DNA of 59,567 bases from positions 1-59,567 of the forward strand of contig JAGHAF010000107.1 in assembly GCA_021161675.1 (NCBI GenBank). Direction: 5' to 3'. The position numbers and the translations under genes were made by a program. How positions within the stretch are numbered: position 1 is the stretch's first letter; every line of letters begins with the position of its first letter. Below are positions 42,067 through 53,421 of the stretch, piece after piece. The stretch comes from Planctomycetota bacterium. GTDB taxonomy: Bacteria; Planctomycetota; Brocadiia; SM23-32. The notes under the pieces are model-generated. The model was not told the DNA's origin, ran no database searches, and saw only the letters and a list, made by a program, of their open reading frames with translations.

Positions 42067-44466
42067 TCAAAACCTACGCTCTGTGCCGAGGATGAAATTG
42101 AAGCTCTGGGTTTGGTCCCCGGGTTCTTTCTTAAGCGCCGTGGCAAGGTCCAACTCGAGGGTGGCCGGCCCCAGAAACGCCATCTGCCAGCGAAGACCCA
42201 CTCCCGCCGACACTCGCAGCTCGCCCCAGCCGCTCAGCACGTCTGCCGCGTCTTCCTGAACGTTACCGGTATCCATGAATCCCACCAGGCGCACCCTGTC
42301 GTCCGGGGAGATGGGCAGGCTGTAGTCCACCGAGCCCACCAGCATTGACTCGCCGCCGACTTGCTTCCCGGTGACGGGGTCCACCGGCGAAACGCCTTCA
42401 AATTCGAACCCGCGCAGCGTGCTGATTCCGCCCGCGTAAAGACGTTCAAAAGTTGGCGTCCGGTTGCCGCTCCATGCGTTCACCAGGCCCAGTTGCCCAC
42501 GCACGCCGATTACATGTTTGTGCCTGCCGCGCTCCTCGTGCACAGTCCAATATTTTGCCCCTTTCAGGGTGAGCCTGGCAATTTCGACGTCGCCTGCCGC
42601 CAGCTCCACCTGGGCGTTTGCGCTGTATCCCTCGCTCGGGCTGAAACGATTGTCCCGGTGGTCAATCGTGGCGCCAAGGCGCACGTAGGGCTTGGCGTGG
42701 CTGCCCTTGTCACGCTGCACTTGCCCCGGGGCGCCCACGTCCACGTTGTCAATGTCGATGCTCTCGTAGCCCACGGTGACGCTGCGTCGCAAGAACGGGG
42801 TCAGCCGCCGGCCAAGCGTGAAACTGAGGCCGGAGCGCACCTCGTCGAATTCGTTTCGCACAATGCCCCGGGAGTAGAGGTCCGCCCCGAAGCTGTAACG
42901 CGTATTGCCCACGGCCGGTTCGTAGAAGGACAGGGAGTAATCCGAACGCTCCGTGCCCGCCTGGAGCACCAGGCTCATGCTCTGCCCCGCCCCGCGGAAG
43001 GCGTTGCCGCGCCACAGGTCGTTCCAGCTCGACGGCCAGTTGGAAATGTCGAAATTCTGCTCGGTGATGGATATCTCGCCCAGCAGGCCCGTCTCGCTCC
43101 CGACGCCGGCGCCCAACATCAGCCGCCCGGTCGGGCCCTCCTGGACCTCCACCACGGCGTCCCGCAGTGCGCCCTCGTCGGGTTCGAGCGTGATCTGGAC
43201 AGGCCTGCCGGAACTGGTGTCGAAGAAGCCCGTGTTTATCAGCAGGCGTTCGCTTTCTTCCAGTCTGCTTTTCCTGGCCCTCTCGCCGGGATAGAAGGCC
43301 AGGTTGCGCCGGATCACTTTCTCGCGGCTTTTCGTCAGTCCTTTGATCCTTATGCGGCGGATGTAAACCGGTTCGCCTTCGTTGATGCGGAAGCGCACGT
43401 CGACGCGGCCCGTCTCTGGCGTGAAGGTTGTCGCCGCCACCAGGTTGCCCTTTCGCGGGCTCACGTCCATGTGGCCCTGCTCGGCGTAAAGGTCGGCGAT
43501 GGTCCGCGCGGACCCGTCCAATTTGCTCTGGCAGTAAGGCTCTCCGGGGAACAGCGATATCGCCGCGAGCAGCTCTGAATCGCGGAACAGTTTGTTGCCT
43601 TCGAACCGGACGTTCGCCACCCGATAGAGGGGCCCTTCGTCGATTTCCACCTGGAGGGTGACTTTCCGCATGTCGTCGCCGAACACGGGGCTGCCGCTCA
43701 CTGCCACGTCCAGGAATCCCTTGTCGCGATAGAAAGCCGCCAGCCGGACCATGTCCCCCTGGAACACCTCGCTGTCAAACCATCCATGCCTGAACCATCG
43801 CAGCAGCCCGCGCTTCTTGCTCTCCATGTTCCGGCGCAGCTTCTTGTCCTTGAAGCTCTCGTTGCCGCGGAAGGTGATCCTGCGCACGAAGGCGCGCGCC
43901 CCCTCGGATATGTAGAAGGTGAGCCGCCGCTCCTGTTCGCTCAGGACGGTGAAAGTCCCTTTCGCCGAGGCCGCGGCGTATCCCATCTTTCGGTAGGCGA
44001 GCCCGATCCTTTCTTCCACCGCCCGCACGTCCGAAGGGGTCACGGCGCCGCCTGGCTCGACGCCGGCGAGCGCGGCCAGCCGGGGCGCCGAGAGGCGCTC
44101 GTTGCCTTTGAACTGTATGTCGGTCAGGATTATCCGCTCCCGGAGCTGAAGTGTCAGTTGGACGCCTCCCTCTTCCGCGGGTTCGACCCGATAGGAGATG
44201 CTGCCCAGCTTCGTCGTCTCGTTCCATTCGCTTATCGTCTTCTTCAGCGCCTCGGCGTTGAAGGCCATCCCCGTCTTGAGCCCCAGGGCGTCGAGGATTT
44301 GTTGCTCGGAGAGCAGCTCGTTGCCCTGCACGGTGATTCTGGTCACGCCCCTGCGGGAGGCGGCGCCGTCCTCTGCAAGAGCCGCCGTGCAACACAGCAT
44401 GCCGCAAAGCAGGAGGAGCGCGAGCGAACGACGATTCGATTGGATGGCACACAGTTCTTGTATCAT
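42067..44466 (-). CDS. bamA: Outer membrane protein assembly factor BamA
   Basis: 799 aa with a signal peptide, repeated POTRA units (ITVQGNELLSEQQIL.., IQFKGNERLS.., ITFRGNESF.., VRFEGNKLF.., IRIKGLTKS) and a C-terminal beta-barrel ending in ..GTERRF. Confidence 0.92.
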   Translation of the reverse strand: MIQELCAIQSNRRSLALLLLCGMLCCTAALAEDGAASRRGVTRITVQGNELLSEQQILDALGLKTGMAFNAEALKKTISEWNETTKLGSISYRVEPAEEGGVQLTLQLRERIILTDIQFKGNERLSAPRLAALAGVEPGGAVTPSDVRAVEERIGLAYRKMGYAAASAKGTFTVLSEQERRLTFYISEGARAFVRRITFRGNESFKDKKLRRNMESKKRGLLRWFRHGWFDSEVFQGDMVRLAAFYRDKGFLDVAVSGSPVFGDDMRKVTLQVEIDEGPLYRVANVRFEGNKLFRDSELLAAISLFPGEPYCQSKLDGSARTIADLYAEQGHMDVSPRKGNLVAATTFTPETGRVDVRFRINEGEPVYIRRIRIKGLTKSREKVIRRNLAFYPGERARKSRLEESERLLINTGFFDTSSGRPVQITLEPDEGALRDAVVEVQEGPTGRLMLGAGVGSETGLLGEISITEQNFDISNWPSSWNDLWRGNAFRGAGQSMSLVLQAGTERSDYSLSFYEPAVGNTRYSFGADLYSRGIVRNEFDEVRSGLSFTLGRRLTPFLRRSVTVGYESIDIDNVDVGAPGQVQRDKGSHAKPYVRLGATIDHRDNRFSPSEGYSANAQVELAAGDVEIARLTLKGAKYWTVHEERGRHKHVIGVRGQLGLVNAWSGNRTPTFERLYAGGISTLRGFEFEGVSPVDPVTGKQVGGESMLVGSVDYSLPISPDDRVRLVGFMDTGNVQEDAADVLSGWGELRVSAGVGLRWQMAFLGPATLELDLATALKKEPGDQTQSFNFILGTERRF

Positions 44467-45827
44467 TGGTAATCCGCTGGTTCCTTGGCGCGAGGTTCAA
44501 AGCGCAGATATCTCTTCTGGAACGACAATGGGACGATGCCGGTCGGGCCGTTGCGTTGCTTGGCCACGATCAGGTCGGCCTTTGCCCCGGCCGTATCTTC
44601 GTCTGGAGCATCGGTATCCAGGTGTGGGCGGTGCAGCAGTATGACGACGTCGGCGTCCTGTTCGATCGCCCCGCTTTCGCGCAGGTCGCTCAGGCGGGGC
44701 TGGCGCCGATCCTGCTCGACCCGTCTGCTGAGCTGGGAGAGGGCCAGCAGAGGGACCTCCAGCTCCCGGGCGATTGCCTTGAGTCCTCTGCTTATCTCGG
44801 CCACCTCCGTGGCCCGGTTTTCCTGCTGCCGGGTCGCTGTCATCAACTGCAGGTAATCCACCACTATGAGGCAGACTTCGTGCTGATGGCACAATCTGCG
44901 GGCTCTCGCCCGCAGGTCCATGATCCGCAGGGCGGGTGAGTCGCTGATATAGAGGGGAAGATCAACCAGTTCGTCAATGGACGTCTCCAGCCTCTCCCAT
45001 TCCTTGTCGGAAAGCGTGCCGCGGCGGAAATTGTGCGTGTCCAGCCTGTTGTGGATGCACAGGAAGTTACTCACTATCTGTTGGGCGGGCATCTCCAGGC
45101 TGTAGAGGGCGGCGGGCTTGCGTTGAGTCGCGCAGACGTTGTGCAATATGTTCAACGCCAGGCTCGTCTTGCCCATGCTGGGACGGGACGCCAGCACGAT
45201 GAGCTGACCGGATTGGAAGCCGTTCGTCCTGTTATCCAGGTCAATGAGCCCGGTGGCCAGGCCGCTGAGCTGTCCCGGATTTTGATGCAGCTCTTCCAGG
45301 CGCGCCACTATGCTCTGGAGCACCGCATTGATCTCTTGGACCTGCGTACGTTCCTTCTGGGCGCGCACGGCCAGTATCTGCGCCTCCGCCTCGTCCAACA
45401 GGTCTTCGACGTCCCGGCTATGGTCCCGCGCCCCTTTCTGCGCCCTGGCGGAGACCTCGATCAGCCGCCGGCGGATGGCGTGGTTGCGGACGATTTCTAT
45501 GTAGTATTCCACGTTCGCGCTGGTGGGGACGGCCTCCATCAGTTCCGCCAGATAGCCTACCCCGCCAACTTTCTCCAGCTTGTCCTGGCGGGACAGCTCG
45601 TCCCGCAGCAAGATCAGGTCAACGGCGTTGTTCTCATAGGAAAGCTTCAGGATGGCCGAGTAGATATCCTGGTGCGCCAGCTTATAGAAACTCTCCGCGT
45701 AAAGCTGCTCGCGGGCCATGTAGAGGGCTTCCGCCGAGAGAAGCATGGAGCCGATCACGCCCATTTCGGCCTGGAGGTCGTGCGGCGGCACACCGGGCGC
45801 ATTGCTCAGATCGCCTGTTTCGGTCAT
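44463..45827 (-). CDS. dnaB: Replicative DNA helicase DnaB
   Basis: PPHDLQAEMGVIGSML; Walker A ASRPSMGKTS; VVDYLQLM; SQLSRRVEQ. The start is taken at ATG 45827. The 41 extra N-terminal residues of the track ORF are the translation of a repeat element. The stop overlaps the bamA start (ATGA). Confidence 0.92.
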   Translation of the reverse strand: MTETGDLSNAPGVPPHDLQAEMGVIGSMLLSAEALYMAREQLYAESFYKLAHQDIYSAILKLSYENNAVDLILLRDELSRQDKLEKVGGVGYLAELMEAVPTSANVEYYIEIVRNHAIRRRLIEVSARAQKGARDHSRDVEDLLDEAEAQILAVRAQKERTQVQEINAVLQSIVARLEELHQNPGQLSGLATGLIDLDNRTNGFQSGQLIVLASRPSMGKTSLALNILHNVCATQRKPAALYSLEMPAQQIVSNFLCIHNRLDTHNFRRGTLSDKEWERLETSIDELVDLPLYISDSPALRIMDLRARARRLCHQHEVCLIVVDYLQLMTATRQQENRATEVAEISRGLKAIARELEVPLLALSQLSRRVEQDRRQPRLSDLRESGAIEQDADVVILLHRPHLDTDAPDEDTAGAKADLIVAKQRNGPTGIVPLSFQKRYLRFEPRAKEPADYQ

Positions 45828-45858
45828 CACACCGCTTGGGGCTGGGGGGGGAAAAAAC

Positions 45859-46015
45859 AGGAGGTAGAAGGATGAAGGGCGAAGGTAAAACAGAGATATC
45901 CAATATCGAAGGATGCCGCGAGCGTCCCTTGAACATCCCGAGTTGAGCATTCGATATTGGACATCTTCGTCCTCTTTCTGCCGTTGTCGTTCAAATTCAT
46001 CCTTCTGCCTTCATC
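45859..46015. repeat. Largest copy of the dispersed palindromic repeat family (between rplI and dnaB)
   Basis: Purine arm aggaggtagaaggatgaagggcgaaggtaaaacagagatatccaatatcgaaggatg. Pyrimidine arm cattcgatattggacatcttcgtcctctttctgccgttgtcgttcaaattcatccttctgccttcatc. The inner 16-bp arms gatatccaatatcgaa / ttcgatattggacatc have 1 mismatch. Confidence 0.75.
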
Positions 46016-46022
46016 ATTGTTG

Positions 46023-46496
46023 TTACTCCTCGTCTTCCTTTTCCGCTTCGGTTTCCATTGCGACCCTGACCATGATATTCACGCGCACGTCGGGATGGAG
46101 CATTACCTCCACCTCGTAGTCACCGACCTCTTCGATAGAACGGGGGAGGCTGACGCTGCTGGGACGTATGCCCTCAAAGCCGCTCTCCTCCAACTTCGCG
46201 ACGATCTCGCGCGGACCGACGGAGCCGAACAAATGCCCCTGCTCGGTGGAACGCGCCGTCACGTAGCAGAGGAACCCTTCCAGAAGCTCGGCCTGCCGGT
46301 TGACTCGCTCAAGCTCTTCCTGTTCACGTTGCTTTCGCGCTTCGGTGGCGCGTTCGACCTCCGCCAGGTTCTCGCTCGTGACGCGCACGGCGATTCCCTT
46401 CGGCAAGAGGTAGTTGCGGGCGTAACCTTCCGCGACCTCCACCACCTCACCCAGGTGTCCAAGGTGCTCTACCTCCTTGCGGAGCAATACTTCCAT
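46023..46496 (-). CDS. rplI: 50S ribosomal protein L9
   Basis: MEVLLRKEVEHLGHLGEVVEVAEGYARNYLLPKGIAV. Confidence 0.93.
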   Translation of the reverse strand: MEVLLRKEVEHLGHLGEVVEVAEGYARNYLLPKGIAVRVTSENLAEVERATEARKQREQEELERVNRQAELLEGFLCYVTARSTEQGHLFGSVGPREIVAKLEESGFEGIRPSSVSLPRSIEEVGDYEVEVMLHPDVRVNIMVRVAMETEAEKEDEE

Positions 46497-46511
46497 CTTC
46501 GTCCCTTCCCG

Positions 46512-46985
46512 TTAGAACGGTATCTCGTCGTCGGTCACGTCGAACCCCTCTTCAGGGGGTCCCGGAGCGGATTCCTGCCGCTGCGGGGGGGCGGCGCTCT
46601 GGCGTCGGGGCTGATTGCCTTGCTGGGAACGGGGAGCCTGGCCGCCGCCACCGCCGCTCCTGCCTCCAATGAACTCGAAATTGGTGGCCACCACCCGGAG
46701 CCTGCTGCGCTTGCCTTCTGCCGTCTCCCAGCTATCGTATTGCAGGCGGCCCTCCACGAAGATAGGGCTGCCCTTTGTCATGTATTCGCTGATCACCTCC
46801 CCGCGGCGTCCCCACATGACGACGTCCACAAAGCAGGGCTCTTCCTTCTGCTCGCCGGTCTTGGTCGTATAGCTGCGGTTGGTGGCCAGACCGAACTCGC
46901 AGACGGCCGCGCCGCTGGGAGTGTAGCGCAGCTCGGGGTCCCGCGTCAGGTTTCCCATAAGGAACACGCGATTAAGATTAGCCAT
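46512..46985 (-). CDS. ssb: Single-stranded DNA-binding protein
   Basis: MANLNRVFLMGNLTRDPELRYTPSGAAVCEFGLATN.., a Gly/Gln/Pro-rich linker and an acidic tip DDEIPF. Start at ATG 46985; the track ORF is extended to 47168. Confidence 0.93.
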   Translation of the reverse strand: MANLNRVFLMGNLTRDPELRYTPSGAAVCEFGLATNRSYTTKTGEQKEEPCFVDVVMWGRRGEVISEYMTKGSPIFVEGRLQYDSWETAEGKRSRLRVVATNFEFIGGRSGGGGGQAPRSQQGNQPRRQSAAPPQRQESAPGPPEEGFDVTDDEIPF

Positions 46986-47025
46986 GGTTTCCCCCCTTTG
47001 CTGGTTCAAAGGTAAAGGCCGGTGC

Positions 47026-47526
47026 TTAGGCTTGCGTCTCCGCCTCTTCAGCTTCGAGTTCTTCCTCCTCAGCGTCGGCGTCTGGCGCCGCGGCTTCGAT
47101 ATCTTCCTCTTCAGTTTCGAGCTCTTCCCGTTCGGCTTCCTGGGGCGCCGGTTCGGGTCCGGCCGCATCGGCCTCCTCGGTCCCCCCCAGTATTTCGCCC
47201 TCCTGGGTGTAGAGTTCGCCGACTGGCTCGCTTTGCTTCTCGGCGCGCAGGATCAAAACCCTGAGCAAGTCCTCGGACAGATGCACGTCGCGGCGCAGCT
47301 CGTCTATGGCGGAGCCTTCCGCGCGGAAATACACGAGAATGTAGGTCCCGCGTTTGGCCTTCTGGATGCGGTAGGCCAGCTTCTGCTCGGCCCATTTCTC
47401 AATCCGCAGTATCTCGGCGCCCCGCCGCTTCAGCAATGCGACGATTTTCCGGATGATCTCCGAGAATTCAGAGCCACTCGTTCTGGCGTCCACTACGAAC
47501 ATGGCTTCATAAAGGTTATCTGCCAA
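47026..47526 (-). CDS. rpsF: 30S ribosomal protein S6 with an acidic C-terminal tail
   Basis: LYEAMFVVD..LAYRIQKAKRGTYILVYF. TTG start 7 nt after GGAGGA. About 60 aa of Glu/Asp/Ala-rich tail. Confidence 0.88.
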   Translation of the reverse strand: MADNLYEAMFVVDARTSGSEFSEIIRKIVALLKRRGAEILRIEKWAEQKLAYRIQKAKRGTYILVYFRAEGSAIDELRRDVHLSEDLLRVLILRAEKQSEPVGELYTQEGEILGGTEEADAAGPEPAPQEAEREELETEEEDIEAAAPDADAEEEELEAEEAETQA

Positions 47527-47583
47527 GACTTATTCCTCCGTTTGTTCCTATTAGGTCTGACGCTACCGGCGGGGTATTTTCTA

Positions 47584-48162
47584 TCACGAACTCGACTCGT
47601 TGTCCAGCTTACGGTTATAGCGTGTCATGGCGGCGTCTATGCCTTCCCTGCTCCAGAGGAGCGCCGCGTCGGCGGCCCTGTCGATCATTTCTTCTACGGC
47701 GGCGCCTTCGCGCTCCCCGAACGGGCTAAGCACGAAGTCACGCAGCGCAATCCCCTCCGGACACGGACCGATGCCCATACGGAGCCTGGGGAACTGCTCC
47801 GTCTGCAGCGCCCCGATCAGTGACTCGAGCCCTTTATGGCGTCCGCTCGAACCATCCCGGCGCAGCCTGAGCTGTCCCAGAGGCAGGTCGGCGTCGTCCA
47901 GAATTACGAGCAATTCGTGCGGCGCCACATCGTAGAGCTTCAGCAGTCGCGCCACCGGCGGTCCGCTTCGATTCATGTATCCCAGAGGGCGGAAGAGCAG
48001 AACCTGGCCGCATCTGGCCAGCGCTCCGTTGCCGCCGTAATCCTGGTCGCGCGCCTGCGGGACGCAGCGGCGGGCAATCTCACCCACGGCCATCCAGCCG
48101 GCGTTGTGGCGGGTGTCCCGATACTCGGGACCAGGGTTGCCCAGGCCGGCGACTACTCTCAC
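47584..48162 (-). CDS. pth: Peptidyl-tRNA hydrolase
   Basis: MRVVAGLGNPGPEYRDTRHNAGWM..GYMNRSG..DDADLPLG..RLR..GSSGRHKGL. Confidence 0.93.
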   Translation of the reverse strand: MRVVAGLGNPGPEYRDTRHNAGWMAVGEIARRCVPQARDQDYGGNGALARCGQVLLFRPLGYMNRSGPPVARLLKLYDVAPHELLVILDDADLPLGQLRLRRDGSSGRHKGLESLIGALQTEQFPRLRMGIGPCPEGIALRDFVLSPFGEREGAAVEEMIDRAADAALLWSREGIDAAMTRYNRKLDNESSS

Positions 48163-48213
48163 AGGACGCTCCCGATAGGCTACAGGACTCCCGACAAGGA
48201 CTACTCATCGGCG

Positions 48214-48894
48214 CTATTCTGACTCTTCCGCAGATGCTTTGTCTTCGGCCTCTGCGCCAATCCGCTCGGGTTCGAGCAGCAGTTCTTCGGGCGCCAGCTC
48301 CGCCTCTTCTTCGACCTCGGATGGCGGCAGCACGGTGAGAATCACTGTCTCCCCGCCGGCGACCACCGAGACACCAGGCGGCAGGTCCAGGTCGGCCACG
48401 GTAAGGTTATCAGCGATATTGAGGCCGGAGATGTCCACCGTGATCTTCTCGGGAATGGCGCTGGGCAGGCACTGGATGCGTAACTCGTGCTGGACGATTT
48501 CCAGAACGCCGCCTTCGCTCACCCCCGGCGCCTCTCCCCGGGTCGCGACGGCCACGGCGACCTCCACACTCTCGCTCAGCGAGATGCGCGTCAGGTCCAC
48601 GTGCAGTATTTCGTCGCCGAAGGCATCGTATTGGACTTCAGTTATCTGGGCGTCTTCCAGGCGGCCGTCCCAGCTGACCTGCACGATAAGCTCCCGCCTT
48701 TCCAACAGTTCCGCCACGGTTTCTTTGTGGAGGGTGAGCAGCACGTTTGGGCCGCCCCGCCCATAGAGGACTGCGGGCGCCAGTCCCTGCCTGCGGAGCC
48801 GGCGACACGCCCTTGAACCGGACACTTCCCTGGGGCTTGCTTCTACTTGAGGTATTTCCATGGCTTTGCTCTGGTCGGGTGGAGGAGTTGCCAC
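48214..48894 (-). CDS. rplY: 50S ribosomal protein L25 / general stress protein Ctc
   Basis: RRLRRQGLAPAVLYGRGGPNVLLTL.. with a beta-barrel C-domain and an acidic tail, located upstream of pth as is usual. The start is uncertain (GTG 48894 or ATG 48861). Confidence 0.85.
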   Translation of the reverse strand: MATPPPDQSKAMEIPQVEASPREVSGSRACRRLRRQGLAPAVLYGRGGPNVLLTLHKETVAELLERRELIVQVSWDGRLEDAQITEVQYDAFGDEILHVDLTRISLSESVEVAVAVATRGEAPGVSEGGVLEIVQHELRIQCLPSAIPEKITVDISGLNIADNLTVADLDLPPGVSVVAGGETVILTVLPPSEVEEEAELAPEELLLEPERIGAEAEDKASAEESE

Positions 48895-49044
48895 AATCGC
48901 GCGCTGCCTTCCCTATCCCCCGGGGCGAAAATGGCGCGCCTTGCGCAGCAAAAAGTTGCGCAAATGGATCAATACGTCACAACGGGAAAGCATTGGGATT
49001 GGCACGCACACGTCCCGGGCGGGCACGCTTCTATTTGAGTGACC

Positions 49045-49073
49045 CTTATAGCACATCGCTTCAAACCTGTCAA
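49045..49073 (-). promoter_or_regulatory. Sigma-70-type promoter for rplY-pth
   Basis: On the minus strand: TTGACA (49068-49073), 17-nt spacer, TATAAG (49045-49050). Confidence 0.5.
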
Positions 49074-49180
49074 CGTTCGCTCGGCGCGCGATGGCGCCCC
49101 AAAGCCGCCTGCCTCCCCGCCTGTGGTGTGCAACGGCCGCGGCGTTCTTCGACACTGACTGTCCCTTCATCCGCCACACT

Positions 49181-50413
49181 TCATCGTTTTACCTTTCCCT
49201 TGATCCATTCCTTGATGCGCGTAGGCATGGAGGGCGCCACCTCGACGGCGTCGTGGGGACAGACCTCCGCGCAGCAGTAGCAACTGATGCAGCGAGCGCG
49301 ATTCACGTGATAGGTCCGGCTTTCTTCGTCGAAGAAGATGGCCTTGCTGGGACAGTTACGCTCGCACTCGCCGCATTGGCGGCAGATATCCTGATTGATC
49401 CTTGCATACGTTGTATTGAACGCGCTTATGAAGCGGCGGACCAGCCATCGTGGCACAAGGTCAGCGGCGAGCGTGGCTGCGTAAGTCGGCGGCCTGGCGA
49501 AGTTCGTCGGAGCGAACGCCGCTGCCGGCTCGCCGACGACCTGTATCTCCTCCGGCGCCGCGACGCCCAATCCCCTTTGCGCGCAGCGCGCCAGCAGGGG
49601 CACTTGCAGCGGGGCGAAGCCCATCACCTGCGCGCAGAAACTGTCCACCGCCACCGGGTCGGCCCCCGCCGCCACGAGCCCAACCCTCCGCAGCGCCCCG
49701 TTGGAGGGCCCTCGCCCTTCCATCCCCACTACGCCGTCTATAACCGCCACGCTGCGCGGCAGTGCGGCGTAGAGGTCACACAGCGCCGTGGCGAACTCGT
49801 CGGGGCGGGGGGCCAGCAAATGGAGGTTCTTCTTCGCTGCGCCCGGCACGAGCCCCAGCAGGTTCTTCACCGCGCCGGTCATGTAGGTCAAAAGGTGCGT
49901 CTTCAGCTTGGCGACGGAGACGATCAGGTCGAACCTGTCCAGGTTCGCCGGCAGGGGGATGTCCTTGAAGATCACGGACCCCTCCGAGCGCAAGGTCCGG
50001 CGCGGCTGCTGGTCCACGTTGTAGACCTCGGCCCCGATCTCGCCGGCGACCGCTTCCATGCCGGAACGCTCCAGCGCACGCGCCGTGGAGCCGTGGCCAA
50101 GCGAGCCACAGGAGTCTCCGATGGCGATCCGACAGCCGAAATCCGCGATCAATATCTCCCCCAGCGCGCGGACCACGCCCGGATGTGTATTGACGTGGGC
50201 CTCCGGCCCCTGCCAGCTGGAAAGCACATTCGGCTTCAGCAGAACGCGCTCCGCTTCGGCGAATACGCGCTGGAGGTCGGGCAGCGCCCCGATGCACTGC
50301 TGGACGGCCGCCCGCAGGTTAGATTGATTGTAAGTGACGCACCGGGCTGCGCTTATCAACGCGCCGCCGCCCGGAAGCGACCTCCCGGAACGAGTGACAC
50401 TATCTGCCGACAT
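49181..50413 (-). CDS. DUF362-type protein with a C-terminal 2x[4Fe-4S] ferredoxin domain
   Basis: VLLKPNVLSS..HPGVVRALGE..KLKTHLLT..VIDGVVGMEGRGP (DUF362-like), then CRQCGECERNCP and CISCYCCAEVCP. The start is uncertain. ATG 50413 was chosen because the longer track ORF (to 50662) overlaps atpC. Confidence 0.7.
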   Translation of the reverse strand: MSADSVTRSGRSLPGGGALISAARCVTYNQSNLRAAVQQCIGALPDLQRVFAEAERVLLKPNVLSSWQGPEAHVNTHPGVVRALGEILIADFGCRIAIGDSCGSLGHGSTARALERSGMEAVAGEIGAEVYNVDQQPRRTLRSEGSVIFKDIPLPANLDRFDLIVSVAKLKTHLLTYMTGAVKNLLGLVPGAAKKNLHLLAPRPDEFATALCDLYAALPRSVAVIDGVVGMEGRGPSNGALRRVGLVAAGADPVAVDSFCAQVMGFAPLQVPLLARCAQRGLGVAAPEEIQVVGEPAAAFAPTNFARPPTYAATLAADLVPRWLVRRFISAFNTTYARINQDICRQCGECERNCPSKAIFFDEESRTYHVNRARCISCYCCAEVCPHDAVEVAPSMPTRIKEWIKGKVKR

Positions 50414-50522
50414 TATTCCTGCCCTGGGGTAACCGCAAAAGAGCATTCTACCCGGCGGGGGCGACGCGCGCATCCGAAAGCGCATCGCAGTCGCCGCGCC
50501 GTAGAGGCACTGAGGGACTGGA

Positions 50523-50918
50523 TCATTCCACGCCGGCCACTCGAAGCCGGTTGGCGGCGCGGGCCAGCGCTGCGAGGGCGCGGGCCTCGTCAATCTCTTC
50601 CGCCCGGCGCCGGAGGCGTTCCTGCGCGCGCTTTCGGGCCTGCCGCGCCCTTTCCACATCAATCTCGGAGACCTTCTCCGCCGTGTCCACCAGCACTGTC
50701 ACGCGGTTCTGAAACACCTCCGCGAAGCCCCCCGTTGTGGCAATGTCGAGCGATTCGCCGGACAGGTCCACGCTGATACGCCCCATCGCCAGACTGGACA
50801 CCATGGAGACGTGACGCGGGAGGATGCCCAACTGCCCGCCCTCGCCCGGCAAGAGCACGTGTTGGACGTCTTGCGCATCGAGCACCGTCCGTTCTGGCGT
50901 GATGACTTTGATTCTCAT
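50523..50918 (-). CDS. atpC: F1 ATP synthase subunit epsilon
   Basis: MRIKVITPERTVLDAQDVQHVLLPGEGGQLGILPRHVSMVSSL.. with a C-terminal helical hairpin. ATG at 50918, 10 nt after the atpD stop. Confidence 0.9.
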   Translation of the reverse strand: MRIKVITPERTVLDAQDVQHVLLPGEGGQLGILPRHVSMVSSLAMGRISVDLSGESLDIATTGGFAEVFQNRVTVLVDTAEKVSEIDVERARQARKRAQERLRRRAEEIDEARALAALARAANRLRVAGVE

Positions 50919-50928
50919 GGTCGCTTTC

Positions 50929-53290
<2,362 letters not shown>

Positions 53291-53301
53291 CTTTCTCCTA
53301 C

Positions 53302-53421
53302 GGGAAAGGATGAAGGATGAAGGCGGAAGGAAATGCAGAAGACAAAAGGGTGAAGGATGAAGCTTGCGCGCAGAGCTTTGCCGTTGTCTTTGCCGTTAAT
53401 TTCATCCTTTATCCTTCTACC
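53302..53421. repeat. Full palindromic copy of the dispersed repeat family at the atpA|atpG junction
   Basis: gggaaaggatgaaggatgaaggcggaaggaaatgcagaagacaaaagggtgaaggatgaag / ctttgccgttgtctttgccgttaatttcatcctttatccttctaccc. It overlaps the last 4 codons of atpA. Confidence 0.75.

Noticed and set aside
45828-45950. N-terminal extensions of the track ORFs for dnaB (to 45950), atpD (to 52341), ssb (to 47168), atpC (to 51035), atpZ (to 59396) and the 49181 ORF (to 50662)
   Set aside because: The extensions translate repeat elements, overlap the preceding gene or include the promoter. Internal starts give canonical N-termini with SD sequences.
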